A stretch of DNA of 64,000 nt from Bdellovibrio sp. (GCA_016185105.1 JACPOE010000012.1:8471-72470); one strand, 5' to 3'. Shown: positions 37,818 to 49,287, counted from the stretch's first letter. The notes: generated by a model from the letters alone, not told the origin. Translations and numbers: made by a program.

Positions 37818-40800
37818 AAGGGTAAAATCTCCAGCTGTCCTTTTTTGATTTCGCGAATGGCTTCAACCATCACTCGGGCTGCTGAAAGAACGGTTGTATA
37901 AGGAATTTTTCTCTCTAAGGCCGCCCGTCGAATCGAGAAACTATCTCGAATCGCAATTTCATCAGAGGTGGTGTTTACAACCAAGGCGAAATCCCCTCGA
38001 ATAATAGCCTCGACGCAATGGGGTGAACCTTCACTCACCCTATTGATCCTTGAAACACCCAAATCATATCTATTTAAAAATTCAGCAGTACCCTGAGTTC
38101 CCCAGAGTTGAAAACCTAATTCTTTCAAGCTACGAGCAATGGGTAATACTTCCGCCTTGTCTTCGTTGCGAATCGAAAGAAAAGCCTGACCGGAGCGAGG
38201 AAGTTGCATGCCTGCTGCCATCAAAGCCTTTGCATAAGCCGAAGCGAAAGAATAGCCACGACCGATTACTTCGCCTGTGGACTTCATTTCAGGCCCCAGA
38301 AGAACATCAACTCCTGGAAATTTTCCAAATGGAAACACTGGCATTTTGATATTGTAAGTATTCAACTTTCTATCAAAATCTTCACGAATTCCAAGATCAT
38401 GAAGAGACTTTCCAAGCATCACTTGAACCGCAAGTTTCGCCAAAGGTTTTCCCACGGCCTTGCTTACGAATGGAATCGTGCGAGAAGCTCGCGGATTCAC
38501 TTCAAGAAGGTAGATTCGATCCCCCTGAATGGCGAACTGAACGTTCATCAAGCCTACGACGTTCAAACGCTTTGCTAGCTCTCGTGTGAAAGTCCGGATC
38601 CTCTCTGAAACGTTCACGGGCAAAGCAACTGTCGGAAGGCTGCAGGCACTGTCACCCGAGTGAATCCCCGCTTCTTCAATATGTTCCATGACGCCAGCGA
38701 TGAAGGTCTCCTTACCATCGCTGATCGCATCCACATCGACTTCAATAGCCCGATTTAAAAACCGATCGATTAGAACCGGATGCTCATTACTTAAAGAAAT
38801 TGCCTCGTGAATCCATTGTTCCAGCATGGCTCTGCTATGAACAATTTTCATCCCCTTCCCACCCAACACATAACTAGGTCTCAACAGGACCGGATAACCA
38901 AGCTGCTCTGCCTTTTCGATTGCTTCCTGAGTTGTCCTCGCCAACACGCCCTCAGGTTGTTCCAGACCTAAAGGCTTCAACTCTCGAACGATAGCCTCAC
39001 ATTTTTCACGATCCTCAGCCAGATCGATACTCTTAGGTGAGGTTCCCAAAATTTTCAATCCGCCTTGTTCAAGCGCTTTTGCAATTTTGAGCGGTGTTTG
39101 ACCGCCAAACTGAACGATGGCACCCAGAGGTTTTTCGACCTTTGAGATGTTCAAGACATGTTCCGGCGTAATGGGTTCAAAATAGAGTTTGTCAGAAATG
39201 TCATAATCTGTACTGACTGTTTCTGGGTTTGAATTTACCATGATGGTTTCGATACCCATCGATCTCAGAGCGATGGCAGCGTGGACACAACAGTAATCAA
39301 ACTCGATTCCTTGTCCGATTCGATTGGGACCTCCCCCCAAAATGAGGACTTTAGACTTAGAAGAAATCTTAGATTCGTCAGTCCCTTGGTAGGTACTATA
39401 GAGATACGGAGTCTGAGCCTCAAACTCAGCTGCACAAGTATCCACACTTTGGAAAACACCGTAAACACCAGCGGCTTCACGATCTTTACGAATCTCTTCT
39501 TCTGATCGTTTCAAAAGGCCCGCTACCGCTCGATCAGTCCATCCACTGGCCTTGATCTGGCGCATTTCTGCTGCTGGAAGCGGCCAGCCCTTTAGAATTT
39601 TTTCTTCAGAACTCAGATGTTTTTGAATTCTATTTAAAAACCACGGATCGATTCCCGATCGTTTGGATAACTCGTCGATGGTTGCACCTTTTCGAATTCC
39701 GTCTGCAACCGCCCAAAGGCGTTTCGGATTTCCTTGTTCGATCCAATCCCATCGAATTTCGTTTCCAGCAATTGGCGCCAGCCAAGGTGATCCAACCTCC
39801 AGCCCTGCCACTGCCTTCCCTAAAGACTCTTCGAAGGAACGGCCGATAGCCATCACTTCTCCAACACTCTTCATCTGAGTGCCTAGAATCGGCTCGCTCG
39901 GTCTAAACTTTTCGAAGTCAAATCTGGGAAGCTTAGTCACTACGTAGTCGATACTAGGCTCAAAACTACAAGGAGTAGTTCCGGTAATGTCGTTAGTGAG
40001 CTCGTCTAAGGTATATCCCACGGCTAGCTTTGCGGCGACTCGCGCGATTGGAAAACCTGTCGCTTTTGAAGCCAATGCACTTGATCTTGAGACTCGAGGG
40101 TTCATTTCAATGACAATCACCCGACCCGTTTTCGGATGAACTGCAAATTGAATATTCGAACCGCCAGTTTCAACTCCGATAGCCCGAATGATTCGAATCG
40201 CCTGATCCCGAAGGTTTTGATATTCACGGTCAGTCAGAGTTTGGGCAGGTGCTACCGTGATGCTATCTCCGGTATGAACACCCATAGGGTCAAAGTTTTC
40301 AATGGAACAAATAATAATTACGTTGTCTTTACGGTCCCGAACAACTTCAAGTTCAAACTCTTTCCAACCTGCCAAACTCTCTTCCACCAGAACATCTGAA
40401 GTGGGTGAAAGAAAAAGAGCCCTTTCGAGCTTTTGGAGAAATTCTTTTTCTGTGCTCGCGCTGCCCCCACCCTCTCCCCCGAGAGTAAACGAAGGTCGGA
40501 GAATCAGAGGCAGTCCTAATTCTCTTAAAATTTCTTTTCCATCTTCCAAAGACCGAGCCACTCGACTCCGGGCGCTTTCAACGCCAATTTCGTTCATAAT
40601 AGATTTGAACGTTTCTCGGTCCTCTGCTTTATGAATCGCCTCAGGAGTGGCGCCCAGAATTTCGACATTGTATTTTTTCAAAATTCCGCGCCGATGAGCT
40701 TCCATTGTCAGATTCAGGGCGGTCTGCCCCCCCATTGTTGGAAGTAGAGCCTGCGGGCGCTCTTCGGCAATAATTCGCTCCAAAAACTCTGGAGTCATGG

Positions 40801-40948
40801 GCTCCATATAGACACGATCCGAAAGTTCAGGATCTGTCATGATGGTGGCGGGATTGGAGTTCAAGAGTACTACTTGAAACCCCTCTTCTTTCAGGGCTTT
40901 TAATGCCTGTGTTCCTGAATAATCAAATTCGCAGGCCTGACCGATCAC
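37814..40948 (-). CDS. carB: Carbamoyl-phosphate synthase large subunit (coding similarity extends to 40984; no proper start)
   Basis: [53 protein letters not shown]-like domain. Confidence 0.97.
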   Translation of the reverse strand: MIGQACEFDYSGTQALKALKEEGFQVVLLNSNPATIMTDPELSDRVYMEPMTPEFLERIIAEERPQALLPTMGGQTALNLTMEAHRRGILKKYNVEILGATPEAIHKAEDRETFKSIMNEIGVESARSRVARSLEDGKEILRELGLPLILRPSFTLGGEGGGSASTEKEFLQKLERALFLSPTSDVLVEESLAGWKEFELEVVRDRKDNVIIICSIENFDPMGVHTGDSITVAPAQTLTDREYQNLRDQAIRIIRAIGVETGGSNIQFAVHPKTGRVIVIEMNPRVSRSSALASKATGFPIARVAAKLAVGYTLDELTNDITGTTPCSFEPSIDYVVTKLPRFDFEKFRPSEPILGTQMKSVGEVMAIGRSFEESLGKAVAGLEVGSPWLAPIAGNEIRWDWIEQGNPKRLWAVADGIRKGATIDELSKRSGIDPWFLNRIQKHLSSEEKILKGWPLPAAEMRQIKASGWTDRAVAGLLKRSEEEIRKDREAAGVYGVFQSVDTCAAEFEAQTPYLYSTYQGTDESKISSKSKVLILGGGPNRIGQGIEFDYCCVHAAIALRSMGIETIMVNSNPETVSTDYDISDKLYFEPITPEHVLNISKVEKPLGAIVQFGGQTPLKIAKALEQGGLKILGTSPKSIDLAEDREKCEAIVRELKPLGLEQPEGVLARTTQEAIEKAEQLGYPVLLRPSYVLGGKGMKIVHSRAMLEQWIHEAISLSNEHPVLIDRFLNRAIEVDVDAISDGKETFIAGVMEHIEEAGIHSGDSACSLPTVALPVNVSERIRTFTRELAKRLNVVGLMNVQFAIQGDRIYLLEVNPRASRTIPFVSKAVGKPLAKLAVQVMLGKSLHDLGIREDFDRKLNTYNIKMPVFPFGKFPGVDVLLGPEMKSTGEVIGRGYSFASAYAKALMAAGMQLPRSGQAFLSIRNEDKAEVLPIARSLKELGFQLWGTQGTAEFLNRYDLGVSRINRVSEGSPHCVEAIIRGDFALVVNTTSDEIAIRDSFSIRRAALERKIPYTTVLSAARVMVEAIREIKKGQLEILPL

Positions 40949-41580
40949 GATCGGTCCGCTACCGATGAGGAGGATTTTCTGAACGTATCATTATAGATCC
41001 GGACCGCATTGCCAATATGAATCTCGTTCGTCTTCAGCAAACTGAGCCCGTAAATCAAAGCATTTGCCGCAAGCGCAATCCCTCCAAAAACAATGTAGCC
41101 CCCTGGTTTAATGGCACCCGTTGCTGGGTCAAATAAGGGCTGGCTGACAAAGCCGCCCAAAATTGCAGAGACTACACCACCGGTGCCAACATAAGCGGCA
41201 AGACGGACATTCTTATTCGCCCGTTGATACGCGTCAAGCTCTGCGATCGCTGCCGGCACATCCCTCATAATCGGACGCAACATCTCGGCATCGCCTCCTA
41301 GCTGGGAATCGCATTCAATTTTCTTGCCCCCATAAACAAAATACCTCTCACAGTGAGGCAAGTTGGGTGGAATGCGTTCAGTCAACTCGGGCGGGGCGCT
41401 CGGCTTCTTGGGAATGTCTCTTTCTTCTTTTTCATACGAGGGCTTAGGAACAAGTGCCTCAGGTTTAGCAGGGGGAGTTTCCAAAGCCCAGGACACGTTA
41501 CAGGTCCAGCTCAAAGCAACCACGATACCAATCTGGGGCAAAAAACGAATTTTAAATGGGAAGCTCCTCGGCTTTAGCAT
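40945..41580 (-). CDS. Hypothetical exported/membrane protein; C-terminus probably truncated
   Basis: N-terminal hydrophobic stretch, Pro-rich linker, two C-terminal TM segments; last 13 codons are carB sequence in another frame. Confidence 0.7.
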   Translation of the reverse strand: MLKPRSFPFKIRFLPQIGIVVALSWTCNVSWALETPPAKPEALVPKPSYEKEERDIPKKPSAPPELTERIPPNLPHCERYFVYGGKKIECDSQLGGDAEMLRPIMRDVPAAIAELDAYQRANKNVRLAAYVGTGGVVSAILGGFVSQPLFDPATGAIKPGGYIVFGGIALAANALIYGLSLLKTNEIHIGNAVRIYNDTFRKSSSSVADRS

Positions 41581-41658
41581 TTCCCCATTAATCCCATAAT
41601 TCCATTGACCTCTGCAATCGGATTCAGGCAATCAAATGCCATTAAATAGGAAAAACCT

Positions 41659-42594
41659 GTGACCGATACCTCTCCTTTTTTGGGTCAGTTTCTAAACAAG
41701 CTGTTTCAGGAATACAATCACGCAAAATACCTGGATTCAGATCCATTGGAATTTGCCCATCGCTATTCAGATCCTTGGGACCAAGAAGCAGTAGCATTGA
41801 CCGCCTCTTTGCTTGCCTATGGAAATGTGAAGACCATCCGCCAATCTGTTCAAGCCGTCCTCGATCGAATCTCTTCTTTAGCCTCCTCCCCGAAGATTTT
41901 TATTAAGAATCAATCGGATCCAAAATTTGCGGCAAAAACCAATCGAACCTTCGCCAACTGGGTTCACCGCTTTAATACCGGCGCAGATATGACGCAGCTA
42001 TTCCTACTTTTAAATGAAAGTTGGAAAAAATACGGATCCCTGGGCAACCATTTTCTCTCTTATTCCGAGCCTGAACACGAAGACATCGGGATCGCTTCTG
42101 AAAAACTAATAGAAAACTGGCGAACCAGTCCAACCCGTCGTGGATTTCAATTTCTACTTGCCTCTCCCTCAGATGGAAGCTGCTGCAAACGTTGGTGTAT
42201 GTTTTTGCGGTGGATGATTCGGAAGGATGGAATAGACCTCGGCCTCTGGGCCACTGGCAGTCCCCTTCTGACCTCCCCCGTGCGAGCGATGACACCGAGT
42301 CAGTTGATTATGCCCTTAGACACCCACACGGCGCGGATCAGCCAATATCTTGGCCTGACTCGCCGTCGAACTTTTAACTGGAAAACAGCGCAGGAAGTTA
42401 CCCAAAATCTTAAAACTGTGGACCCGACCGATCCGACCCGATATGATTTTGCTCTTTCCAGGCTTGGTATTTTGGATATTTGCCGACGCTCGTACCGTGA
42501 GGAGATCTGCAATCGATGTCAACTACTACCCGTATGCAAATTCGCTCAAGATTCATTGAAACGCTCCAGCCCAAAAAAGTTGAAAAAGGCCTGA
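41659..42594 (+). CDS. TIGR02757/DUF2400 family protein
   Basis: SDPLEF, LAYGNV, SCCKRWCMFLRWMIR, DLGLW, PLDTH, DPTRYDFAL; C-terminal Cys cluster. Confidence 0.88.
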   Translation: MTDTSPFLGQFLNKLFQEYNHAKYLDSDPLEFAHRYSDPWDQEAVALTASLLAYGNVKTIRQSVQAVLDRISSLASSPKIFIKNQSDPKFAAKTNRTFANWVHRFNTGADMTQLFLLLNESWKKYGSLGNHFLSYSEPEHEDIGIASEKLIENWRTSPTRRGFQFLLASPSDGSCCKRWCMFLRWMIRKDGIDLGLWATGSPLLTSPVRAMTPSQLIMPLDTHTARISQYLGLTRRRTFNWKTAQEVTQNLKTVDPTDPTRYDFALSRLGILDICRRSYREEICNRCQLLPVCKFAQDSLKRSSPKKLKKA

Positions 42595-43772
42595 AGATTG
42601 CCTTCTTGATTTATGGAATCTGTTCTCTTCTCTCCATGGCGGCCATGAGCGTCGGAGCAGCTCTTCTGTTTGTCATGATTCTTCTCTCGACTTCGAGTTT
42701 TCAAGAGTGGAAGCACGAAGTTAAGAAGCCGTTCTCAAGACGGGTCCTTACCTGGAGTCTGTTACTTTTTTTCTGCGTTTTGATCAGTTTAATTTCGGCG
42801 ATCTTTTTTCCATTGGAATATTCGCACCAACATTCTGAAGTTCATTTTTTTAAGGATCTGACTAAGTGCTGGTATTTTTTCTGGCCCCTAATTCTTGTTG
42901 TGGGCCTACGTCGGCTAACCGAACGGAGCCAAGACCAAGTCCTAAATACATGGATCGGGGCCTTTGCCATTTTATCCGTAATAGGTATTTTGCAGTACTT
43001 CACTGCTTGGCCGCGAGGACAGGGGATTCCTGGTGAACCCACGCACTACCACACAACCTTGTTTTTAGGACACCATTTGTCGGTCGCGAGCATTTTGATT
43101 TTTCCATTTTTTATCGCGTTAGATCGAGCCTGGCTTTTTAGAAAGACCCCGAAAAAGAAACTCTTCTATGGACTCGCCGCAGCGCTTGGGGCCGGTGCGC
43201 TCTACTTCACTTATTCAAGAACCCTTTGGATGGCCCTTCCCATCGGAATTCTGGTCTGGGTGATTTGGCGCCTCCCCAAAAAATGGGCTATCGCAACCGT
43301 TTTAGTGGCCGTTCTTGGAGTAATTGGAGCTACACAGTATCCTCCGATAGCCCAAAGAATCCACACTTCGATGGGAATCGGTGATCGTCGAACCCTTTGG
43401 GCTGCTAATTGGGAGTTTTTTCTAAGCCGTCCTCTTACTGGGGTGGGATGGCGCCATAACCACGAACTCTCCGGGTTCTACCTTATGGAAAAAATGAATA
43501 CTAAGGATGTATTTGCGGGACACGCTCACAATAATTTCTTAGATGTTCTGGGTGGAATGGGCCTTTTCGGTGCAATCTCCTGGCTCGGTTGGTGTCTTGT
43601 GACCCTCTGGGCTGGAGCCCGTAAGAGAGTGAGTGGTATCACTTCCGGGCTGAACGCTGGATGGGTCTGCGCATGGCTGGTTTTTCACCTCAATGGATTA
43701 ACTCAGGTGAATTTTTGGGAAGCAAAAGTTCAACATCAAATTGCATGGATCGTAGCATGGACACTGCTCTAA
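42516..43772 (+). CDS. O-antigen ligase family (Wzy_C) membrane protein
   Basis: Multiple TM segments, TYSRT, R..LW...PLTGVG, HAHNNFLD. Confidence 0.88.
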   Translation: MSTTTRMQIRSRFIETLQPKKVEKGLKIAFLIYGICSLLSMAAMSVGAALLFVMILLSTSSFQEWKHEVKKPFSRRVLTWSLLLFFCVLISLISAIFFPLEYSHQHSEVHFFKDLTKCWYFFWPLILVVGLRRLTERSQDQVLNTWIGAFAILSVIGILQYFTAWPRGQGIPGEPTHYHTTLFLGHHLSVASILIFPFFIALDRAWLFRKTPKKKLFYGLAAALGAGALYFTYSRTLWMALPIGILVWVIWRLPKKWAIATVLVAVLGVIGATQYPPIAQRIHTSMGIGDRRTLWAANWEFFLSRPLTGVGWRHNHELSGFYLMEKMNTKDVFAGHAHNNFLDVLGGMGLFGAISWLGWCLVTLWAGARKRVSGITSGLNAGWVCAWLVFHLNGLTQVNFWEAKVQHQIAWIVAWTLL

Positions 43773-44887
43773 ATACCAATCAAGTCCCCACGATCGTGAT
43801 CGACGCGCGAATGGCACAGGCTATGAATCACGGAATTGCGAAGTACGTGAGCCTGATGGCTCAAGGACTTGCCCTTTGCCAGAAGAAAAAAAATCTCGGG
43901 TACCAACCCGTTTTTTTAGTGAACTCGAACTCCAGCAAAAACTTTTTCTCTTTCGACACTGTTCAGGTGCATTCGCGTTTTTTAAGTCCCAGCGAAATCT
44001 TTGAAATTCCAAGCGTTCTAAAACGGGTCGGAGCGGCGGCTTATCATTCACCGTCCTTTTCTAGTCTTTGGTCTTGTCCAGTTCCGTATTTAATTACAAT
44101 TCATGACCTAATCCACCTCCGCTACGGTTCCTTTACCGATCGGCTCTATTATCGGTTTTTACTCAAGCCTTTTGCCAAAAAGGCCAAACAAATTGTAACC
44201 GTTTCGGATTTCTCAAAAAAAGAACTGTCAACTTGGCTAGAAGTGCCTGAGGAAAAAATTAAAGTCGTGTGGAATGCCCTGGAAGACAAGGTCGAGTCAG
44301 GAACAGCTCGTTCTGATTTTTTTAAGAATCGGAATTTACAGCCTGGACGGTACTTTATCTGCCTGGGAAATCAGAAACCCCACAAGAACTTGGAGCTTCT
44401 TTTCAGCGCTTATCAGGACTACCGGCAAGAATGTGTCAAAAAAAATATCGACCCTTGGCCCCTCGTCGTGACTCTCCCCGAAGAATCCCTAAGAATCAAA
44501 ACTCAGGGAATCCTCCCCTCTGGGAAGCTCCCTTCTTCTCAGATCGCAGAACTCTTGAAAAAAGCGGGTGGTCTTCTCTCCCCGTCGCTCCAAGAGGGAT
44601 TTGGACTACCCCCCACGGAAGCGGCCGCAGAAGGAGTCTCTCTAGCCGTGTCGGATATCCCACCCCACCGCGAAGCCCTCATAGACCTCAGTCCGTCCGA
44701 GGCACTCTGGGTACCCCCAACCGAAAAAAGCAGATGGACTCAAGCTTTCGAAATCTTACATCAAAAAGGCATCACTCCCCCTTCGTCGGAAAGCCAGAGG
44801 AAAATCCGTGAAAGGTTCAGTATCAAGAGAATCGGAGAGGATATGGACCAGCTTTATGGTTCCGTGTTAGGACTGAAACCATCATGA
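43757..44887 (+). CDS. GT4 glycosyltransferase
   Basis: IDARM, GIAKY, TIHDLI, VTVSDFSK, KPHKN, EGFGLPPTEA. Confidence 0.92.
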   Translation: MDTALNTNQVPTIVIDARMAQAMNHGIAKYVSLMAQGLALCQKKKNLGYQPVFLVNSNSSKNFFSFDTVQVHSRFLSPSEIFEIPSVLKRVGAAAYHSPSFSSLWSCPVPYLITIHDLIHLRYGSFTDRLYYRFLLKPFAKKAKQIVTVSDFSKKELSTWLEVPEEKIKVVWNALEDKVESGTARSDFFKNRNLQPGRYFICLGNQKPHKNLELLFSAYQDYRQECVKKNIDPWPLVVTLPEESLRIKTQGILPSGKLPSSQIAELLKKAGGLLSPSLQEGFGLPPTEAAAEGVSLAVSDIPPHREALIDLSPSEALWVPPTEKSRWTQAFEILHQKGITPPSSESQRKIRERFSIKRIGEDMDQLYGSVLGLKPS

Positions 44888-45837
44888 AACACATCATTAT
44901 TACCGGCGGAGCTGGGTTTATTGGATCTCACTTGTGCGAAGCATTTTTGAACTCCGGTTTCGCAGTAACGGCGATCGATAATCTGGTTACCGGTCGAAAA
45001 GAAAATCTAAAAGCCTTACAGGCAAACCCTGCTTTTCATCTTCTGGTTCATGATGTTTCCCTCCCTTTCGACGAAGACCAGATTCCTGGGTTAAATCGGC
45101 ATGGACTTCATGGAATTCTACATTTTGCCTGTCCTGCAAGCCCGGTGGATTTCGAAAAAATTCCGATTGAAATTTTGAAAGTAGACTCGCTGGGTACGAT
45201 TCACACCGTGGATCTGGCTTTGAAGTACCGCAGCAGGTATCTTTTGGCCTCGACGTCCGAAATTTATGGCGACCCGCTCGTCCACCCACAACCTGAGACT
45301 TACTGGGGCAACGTGAATACCATCGGCCCCAGAGCTTGTTATGACGAGACCAAGCGCTTTGCCGAAGCCTATGTTTCTACAGCGGCAAGGTATAAAAACT
45401 TAAACGCAGGCATTGTCAGAATCTTTAATACCTATGGCCCGCGAATGCGACTAGACGACGGCAGAATCGTGCCCGAGCTCTGCAGACAAGCTTTGCGAGG
45501 GGAACCTATGACGATTCATGGCACGGGACTCCAGACCAGAAGTTTCTGTTACGTCTCTGATCTAGTGGACGGAATCGTGCGCCTTTTCAATAGCCAGGTG
45601 AATGTGCCTGTTAACCTCGGGAACCCGGTTGAAAGAACTCTTCTGGAATTCGCCACTGTTCTACAAAAAATTACTGGATCAACCACCGCAGTTCAACACC
45701 TCCCAGCCAGAGAAGACGACCCGAAGAGACGCTGCCCGGATATTCAACGCGCCCGTACCCTTTTGGGTTGGAGCCCAAGTGTAGATCTAGAACAAGGGCT
45801 TCAGTTGAGCCTGGATTACTTTCAGTCTGTTCTCTAA
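44884..45837 (+). CDS. UDP-glucuronate decarboxylase-like NAD-dependent epimerase/dehydratase
   Basis: TGGAGFIGSHL, HFACPASP, ASTSEIYGDP, YWGNVN, YDETKR, DDPKRRCPDI. Confidence 0.92.
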   Translation: MKHIIITGGAGFIGSHLCEAFLNSGFAVTAIDNLVTGRKENLKALQANPAFHLLVHDVSLPFDEDQIPGLNRHGLHGILHFACPASPVDFEKIPIEILKVDSLGTIHTVDLALKYRSRYLLASTSEIYGDPLVHPQPETYWGNVNTIGPRACYDETKRFAEAYVSTAARYKNLNAGIVRIFNTYGPRMRLDDGRIVPELCRQALRGEPMTIHGTGLQTRSFCYVSDLVDGIVRLFNSQVNVPVNLGNPVERTLLEFATVLQKITGSTTAVQHLPAREDDPKRRCPDIQRARTLLGWSPSVDLEQGLQLSLDYFQSVL

Positions 45838-45848
45838 GGACGCCCTAG

Positions 45849-47000
45849 ATGAGAAAGCCAATCAAAACCGCATTGATTCATGACTGGCTTACAGGAATGC
45901 GGGGAGGCGAGTACGTACTCGAGGCGATTGCAGAACTATTTCCAAGGCCGGATTTATTTACCCTCCTTTATGTACCCGGAAAAATTTCGCCAACTTTGAC
46001 AACTCTGAAAAGACGAACTAGCTGGCTTCAAAAGGTTCCTGGCGCTGAGAAAAGGTACCGTCACTTCCTGCCCTTCATGCCAGGGATGATTGAAAAATTC
46101 GATTTAACCGGCTACGACCTTATCATTTCCTCTTCTCACTGCGTTGCTAAGGGGATCCAAAAGCCGGAAGGTTCAGTACACGTCAGCTATATTCATGCGC
46201 CGATGCGGTACATGTGGGATCGGTACGAAGATTACTTCGGCGCCGGACGATCCTCGGTATGGGTACGAGCAGCCGCCCGCTGGGTTCGCCCCCGCCTTCA
46301 GAAATGGGATCGTGAAGCCAGTTCAGAACAGCGAATCGATAAACTCATCGCGAATAGCCAGTACATTGCTGATCAAATTGAACAAAATTACGGACGAAAG
46401 GCAGAGGTGATTCACCCTTTCGCCAATCTAGAACGTTTCGCTCAAGCTAGAAGCCCCGGAAAAAATTATTTCATGGTAACCGCCTTTGCTCCTTACAAAA
46501 GAGTGGACATAGCAATTGAGGCTTTCAACCGAATGAAGCTTCCTCTTTTGATCGTAGGATCTGGACAAGACCAGGCAAGACTTAAAAAACTCGCCGGGCC
46601 CACGGTTGAATTTTTAGGCAGTCTTTCCAATTCTGCCATTGCTGATCTTTATTCAAAATGCAGGGCCTTTATATTCCCAGGTGTTGAAGATTTTGGGATT
46701 ACCCCTTTGGAAGCAATGGCCTCGGGCGCTCCGGTAATTGCGTTTAAAGAGGGTGGCGTCACCGAAACAGTCACAGAAAAGACTGGGATTTTCTTCCATC
46801 CACAGTCGGTAGAATCGTTGATGCAAGCCGTCTCGAAACTTGAGGCAGAACCCCTATCCTTTTCGGATGCGGAGTGTCGAAAGAGAGCTGCGGAATTCTC
46901 AAAGACTGCTTTTCAAACCCGCTTTAAACAAGCTGTAATTAATGCATGGAGCCAAGCTGGAAAGCCCCTGGACGACCTGAACTCTATCCTGTTAATTTAA
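45849..47000 (+). CDS. GT4 glycosyltransferase (WbaZ-like)
   Basis: HDWLTGMRGGE, SSSHCVAKG, PMRYMWD, PYKRVD, EDFGITPLEA. Confidence 0.92.
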   Translation: MRKPIKTALIHDWLTGMRGGEYVLEAIAELFPRPDLFTLLYVPGKISPTLTTLKRRTSWLQKVPGAEKRYRHFLPFMPGMIEKFDLTGYDLIISSSHCVAKGIQKPEGSVHVSYIHAPMRYMWDRYEDYFGAGRSSVWVRAAARWVRPRLQKWDREASSEQRIDKLIANSQYIADQIEQNYGRKAEVIHPFANLERFAQARSPGKNYFMVTAFAPYKRVDIAIEAFNRMKLPLLIVGSGQDQARLKKLAGPTVEFLGSLSNSAIADLYSKCRAFIFPGVEDFGITPLEAMASGAPVIAFKEGGVTETVTEKTGIFFHPQSVESLMQAVSKLEAEPLSFSDAECRKRAAEFSKTAFQTRFKQAVINAWSQAGKPLDDLNSILLI

Positions 47001-47030
47001 CCTAGAGCACCAAATTTCAAGGGGGGATTC

Positions 47031-47597
47031 ATGTCAGAGCTTGAAGCACCAACTGAAGCTATCAGTGAAGAGCTACACCATCGCGCCCACGAGGCAATCC
47101 ATCACGAGAGCAATAGCGATCGACTGGGGGCTCGCTGGATTTCTCAGGTCGCCCTAAGCTCGGCGGTTATTGCGGTTCTTGCTGCAATTGCGGCCATGGT
47201 CGGAAACCATGATGCAAATGAAGCAATGATGAAACAAATTCAGGCATCCGATCAGTGGAGCTACTACCAAGCTAAAAGCATCAAAGCGACCGTGCTGAAT
47301 AATAAGATGGAAATCATGGAGGCCTTGGGCAAACCGGTCTCGACCCTCGATAAACAAAAGATAGCGGAATATAAACGCGAACAAGAAGACATTGCAGACA
47401 ATGCGCAGGAGAATGAGAAAGAAGCAACTTTCCGGCTCCATAGGCATGTGATTTTCTCCAGAGCCGTCACTCTCTTCCAAATCGCAATTGCCACGGCCGC
47501 GATAGCGGTACTAGCCCGTCGCAAATTAATTTGGCACTTTGGCCTGGGCTTTTCCCTACTCGGTGCAGTGTTTCTGGCGCAAGGATTTCTTACTTAA
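47031..47597 (+). CDS. DUF4337-like membrane protein
   Basis: ASDQWSYYQAKSIK motif between TM segments. Confidence 0.8.
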   Translation: MSELEAPTEAISEELHHRAHEAIHHESNSDRLGARWISQVALSSAVIAVLAAIAAMVGNHDANEAMMKQIQASDQWSYYQAKSIKATVLNNKMEIMEALGKPVSTLDKQKIAEYKREQEDIADNAQENEKEATFRLHRHVIFSRAVTLFQIAIATAAIAVLARRKLIWHFGLGFSLLGAVFLAQGFLT

Positions 47598-47601
47598 AGG
47601 G

Positions 47602-48546
47602 CTAGAGGCTTAACATCTTTAGCAGCGATTTTTCTCGGGCGGCGAGCTCTTTGTGCTCGAGCTTCATCAGCCGGTGAAAACTGAAATCTTCGACAGTAAA
47701 ACTGGCCATTACACAACCAGCAACCACTGCCTGTCTCAAAAGGTGGTCCCATTTTTCTGGGTTTTCCTCAGCCATTTCTCTGGTTACGCCGGCGTTGGCA
47801 AGGAAGCCCATGAAAGCTCCTGCAAAGCTGTCACCTGCTCCAGTTGGATCAACTACGTGGTCAACAGGAAAGGAAGGAGCAATAAACACGCCCGATTCAG
47901 TGACTAGCATCGCCCCGTATTCCCCACGTTTTACAACAACTACGGAAGGACCCATTTTTCGGATTTTGCGAGCAGCTTTAAGAATATTTTTCTCGTCGGT
48001 CAGGAGATAGGCTTCGCCTTCATTGACGGAAAGAATGTCAACTCTACGCAATAAGCTTTTCAATTCCGCAGGCTTGCCTGTAATCCAGAAATTCATACTA
48101 TCGCAGGCGACCAGCTTGGGGGCCTTCATCTGATCCAAGACACTGTTCTGAAGAACAGGATCAATATTTGCTAAAAAGACATAAGGAACGTCGCGATGTT
48201 TTTCGCTGAGTTTGGGATCAAAATGTTCAAAGACGTTCAGTGCTGTTGAAAGAGTCTTAGCTTCGTTCAGATTCTGGTCGTAGGACCCAACCCAATGAAA
48301 AGTCTTGCCATGAACAACTTTGATTCCGGTGACATCGACGCCCCTACCGCTCAACCATGTTAAATGGGATTTCGGAAAGTCATCGCCAACCACGCCTACA
48401 ACCTCGATCGGACAATAAAATGCGGCTGCTATTGAAAAATAGTTTCCGGAACCGCCTAGCACCGATTCAGCCTTCCCACTGGGGGTTTGAATCGTGTCAA
48501 AAGCAACCGAACCGACCGTCAAAATCGAAGTTTTTTCTTTTTTCAT
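47602..48546 (-). CDS. PfkB family sugar/nucleoside kinase
   Basis: VGSVAFD, LGGSG, VNEGEA, KRGEYGA, DPTGAGDSFAG. Confidence 0.92.
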   Translation of the reverse strand: MKKEKTSILTVGSVAFDTIQTPSGKAESVLGGSGNYFSIAAAFYCPIEVVGVVGDDFPKSHLTWLSGRGVDVTGIKVVHGKTFHWVGSYDQNLNEAKTLSTALNVFEHFDPKLSEKHRDVPYVFLANIDPVLQNSVLDQMKAPKLVACDSMNFWITGKPAELKSLLRRVDILSVNEGEAYLLTDEKNILKAARKIRKMGPSVVVVKRGEYGAMLVTESGVFIAPSFPVDHVVDPTGAGDSFAGAFMGFLANAGVTREMAEENPEKWDHLLRQAVVAGCVMASFTVEDFSFHRLMKLEHKELAAREKSLLKMLSL

Positions 48547-48598
48547 TAGGTTTAACAAACTGACATTTCACACCCCTTGAGTCAAGAGGGGGCATCTC

Positions 48599-49198
48599 CT
48601 AAAACCGAAATTCACGCGGATCCGACACCTTTGGCCTGACTTTTTTTCCTTGAGGTGGTGGAGGGTTCCGCCTTTTTTTAAGCCAGGCATCTGCTTTTTC
48701 AAGACCGAGCCACCCTGACCCCATCGCAACCCAGTCTTTCGGCCTTTCCTGGCAATTTCGACAGAAAGCGGAAAACCCACTGTCCTGAGTTTCCTGACTT
48801 ACAAGGTAGACCCAATTTCCGGATTCAGTGACCCAGAAAACTCCCTCATCTTCTAGACTTACAGGTAAATCCTTCTGAATTCTGGCTATTCTTGCCGGAT
48901 CTTTCATATTTTGGAGTCCGTGAAAACTCAGAACCCACTGAGTGACTTTTGCGCTCGGCCAATGAGTCTTGTACCAATTTTCTTCCGCCTCCACCTGAGC
49001 CTGATCGCTTGCGGCCTTGCCTAGGACGCAGGCAAGCAGAATAAGACAAACACTGGTTATCGCGCGAGACCACTGGGCCCAAAAAGGCGATGCTCTGAGA
49101 CCCCTGAGTTTTTCCAAAGGTAGTTCCGATAGAGAGCTCGTTCTTTTTGCAACAGACCTGCCAAGACCGCCAAAAAACCGGTTGAAAGTACTACCCAC
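48599..49198 (-). CDS. Hypothetical membrane-anchored protein at the end of the pilin cassette (start uncertain)
   Basis: Single hydrophobic segment, CRNC, basic tail. Confidence 0.5.
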   Translation of the reverse strand: MGSTFNRFFGGLGRSVAKRTSSLSELPLEKLRGLRASPFWAQWSRAITSVCLILLACVLGKAASDQAQVEAEENWYKTHWPSAKVTQWVLSFHGLQNMKDPARIARIQKDLPVSLEDEGVFWVTESGNWVYLVSQETQDSGFSAFCRNCQERPKDWVAMGSGWLGLEKADAWLKKRRNPPPPQGKKVRPKVSDPREFRF

Positions 49199-49287
49199 AA
49201 AATCACCTCAAAAAGAGCTTGCCCCGAGCTTTCTCGAACAACCCGGCTAGCGCCATTTCCACTCCGCAGTCCAATTTGCACTCTCAT
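49057..49287 (-). CDS. TadE-like minor pilin
   Basis: SG|QALFE prepilin motif followed by a hydrophobic helix; start inferred inside the 49057..49524 ORF. Confidence 0.5.
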   Translation of the reverse strand: MRVQIGLRSGNGASRVVRESSGQALFEVILWVVLSTGFLAVLAGLLQKERALYRNYLWKNSGVSEHRLFGPSGLAR

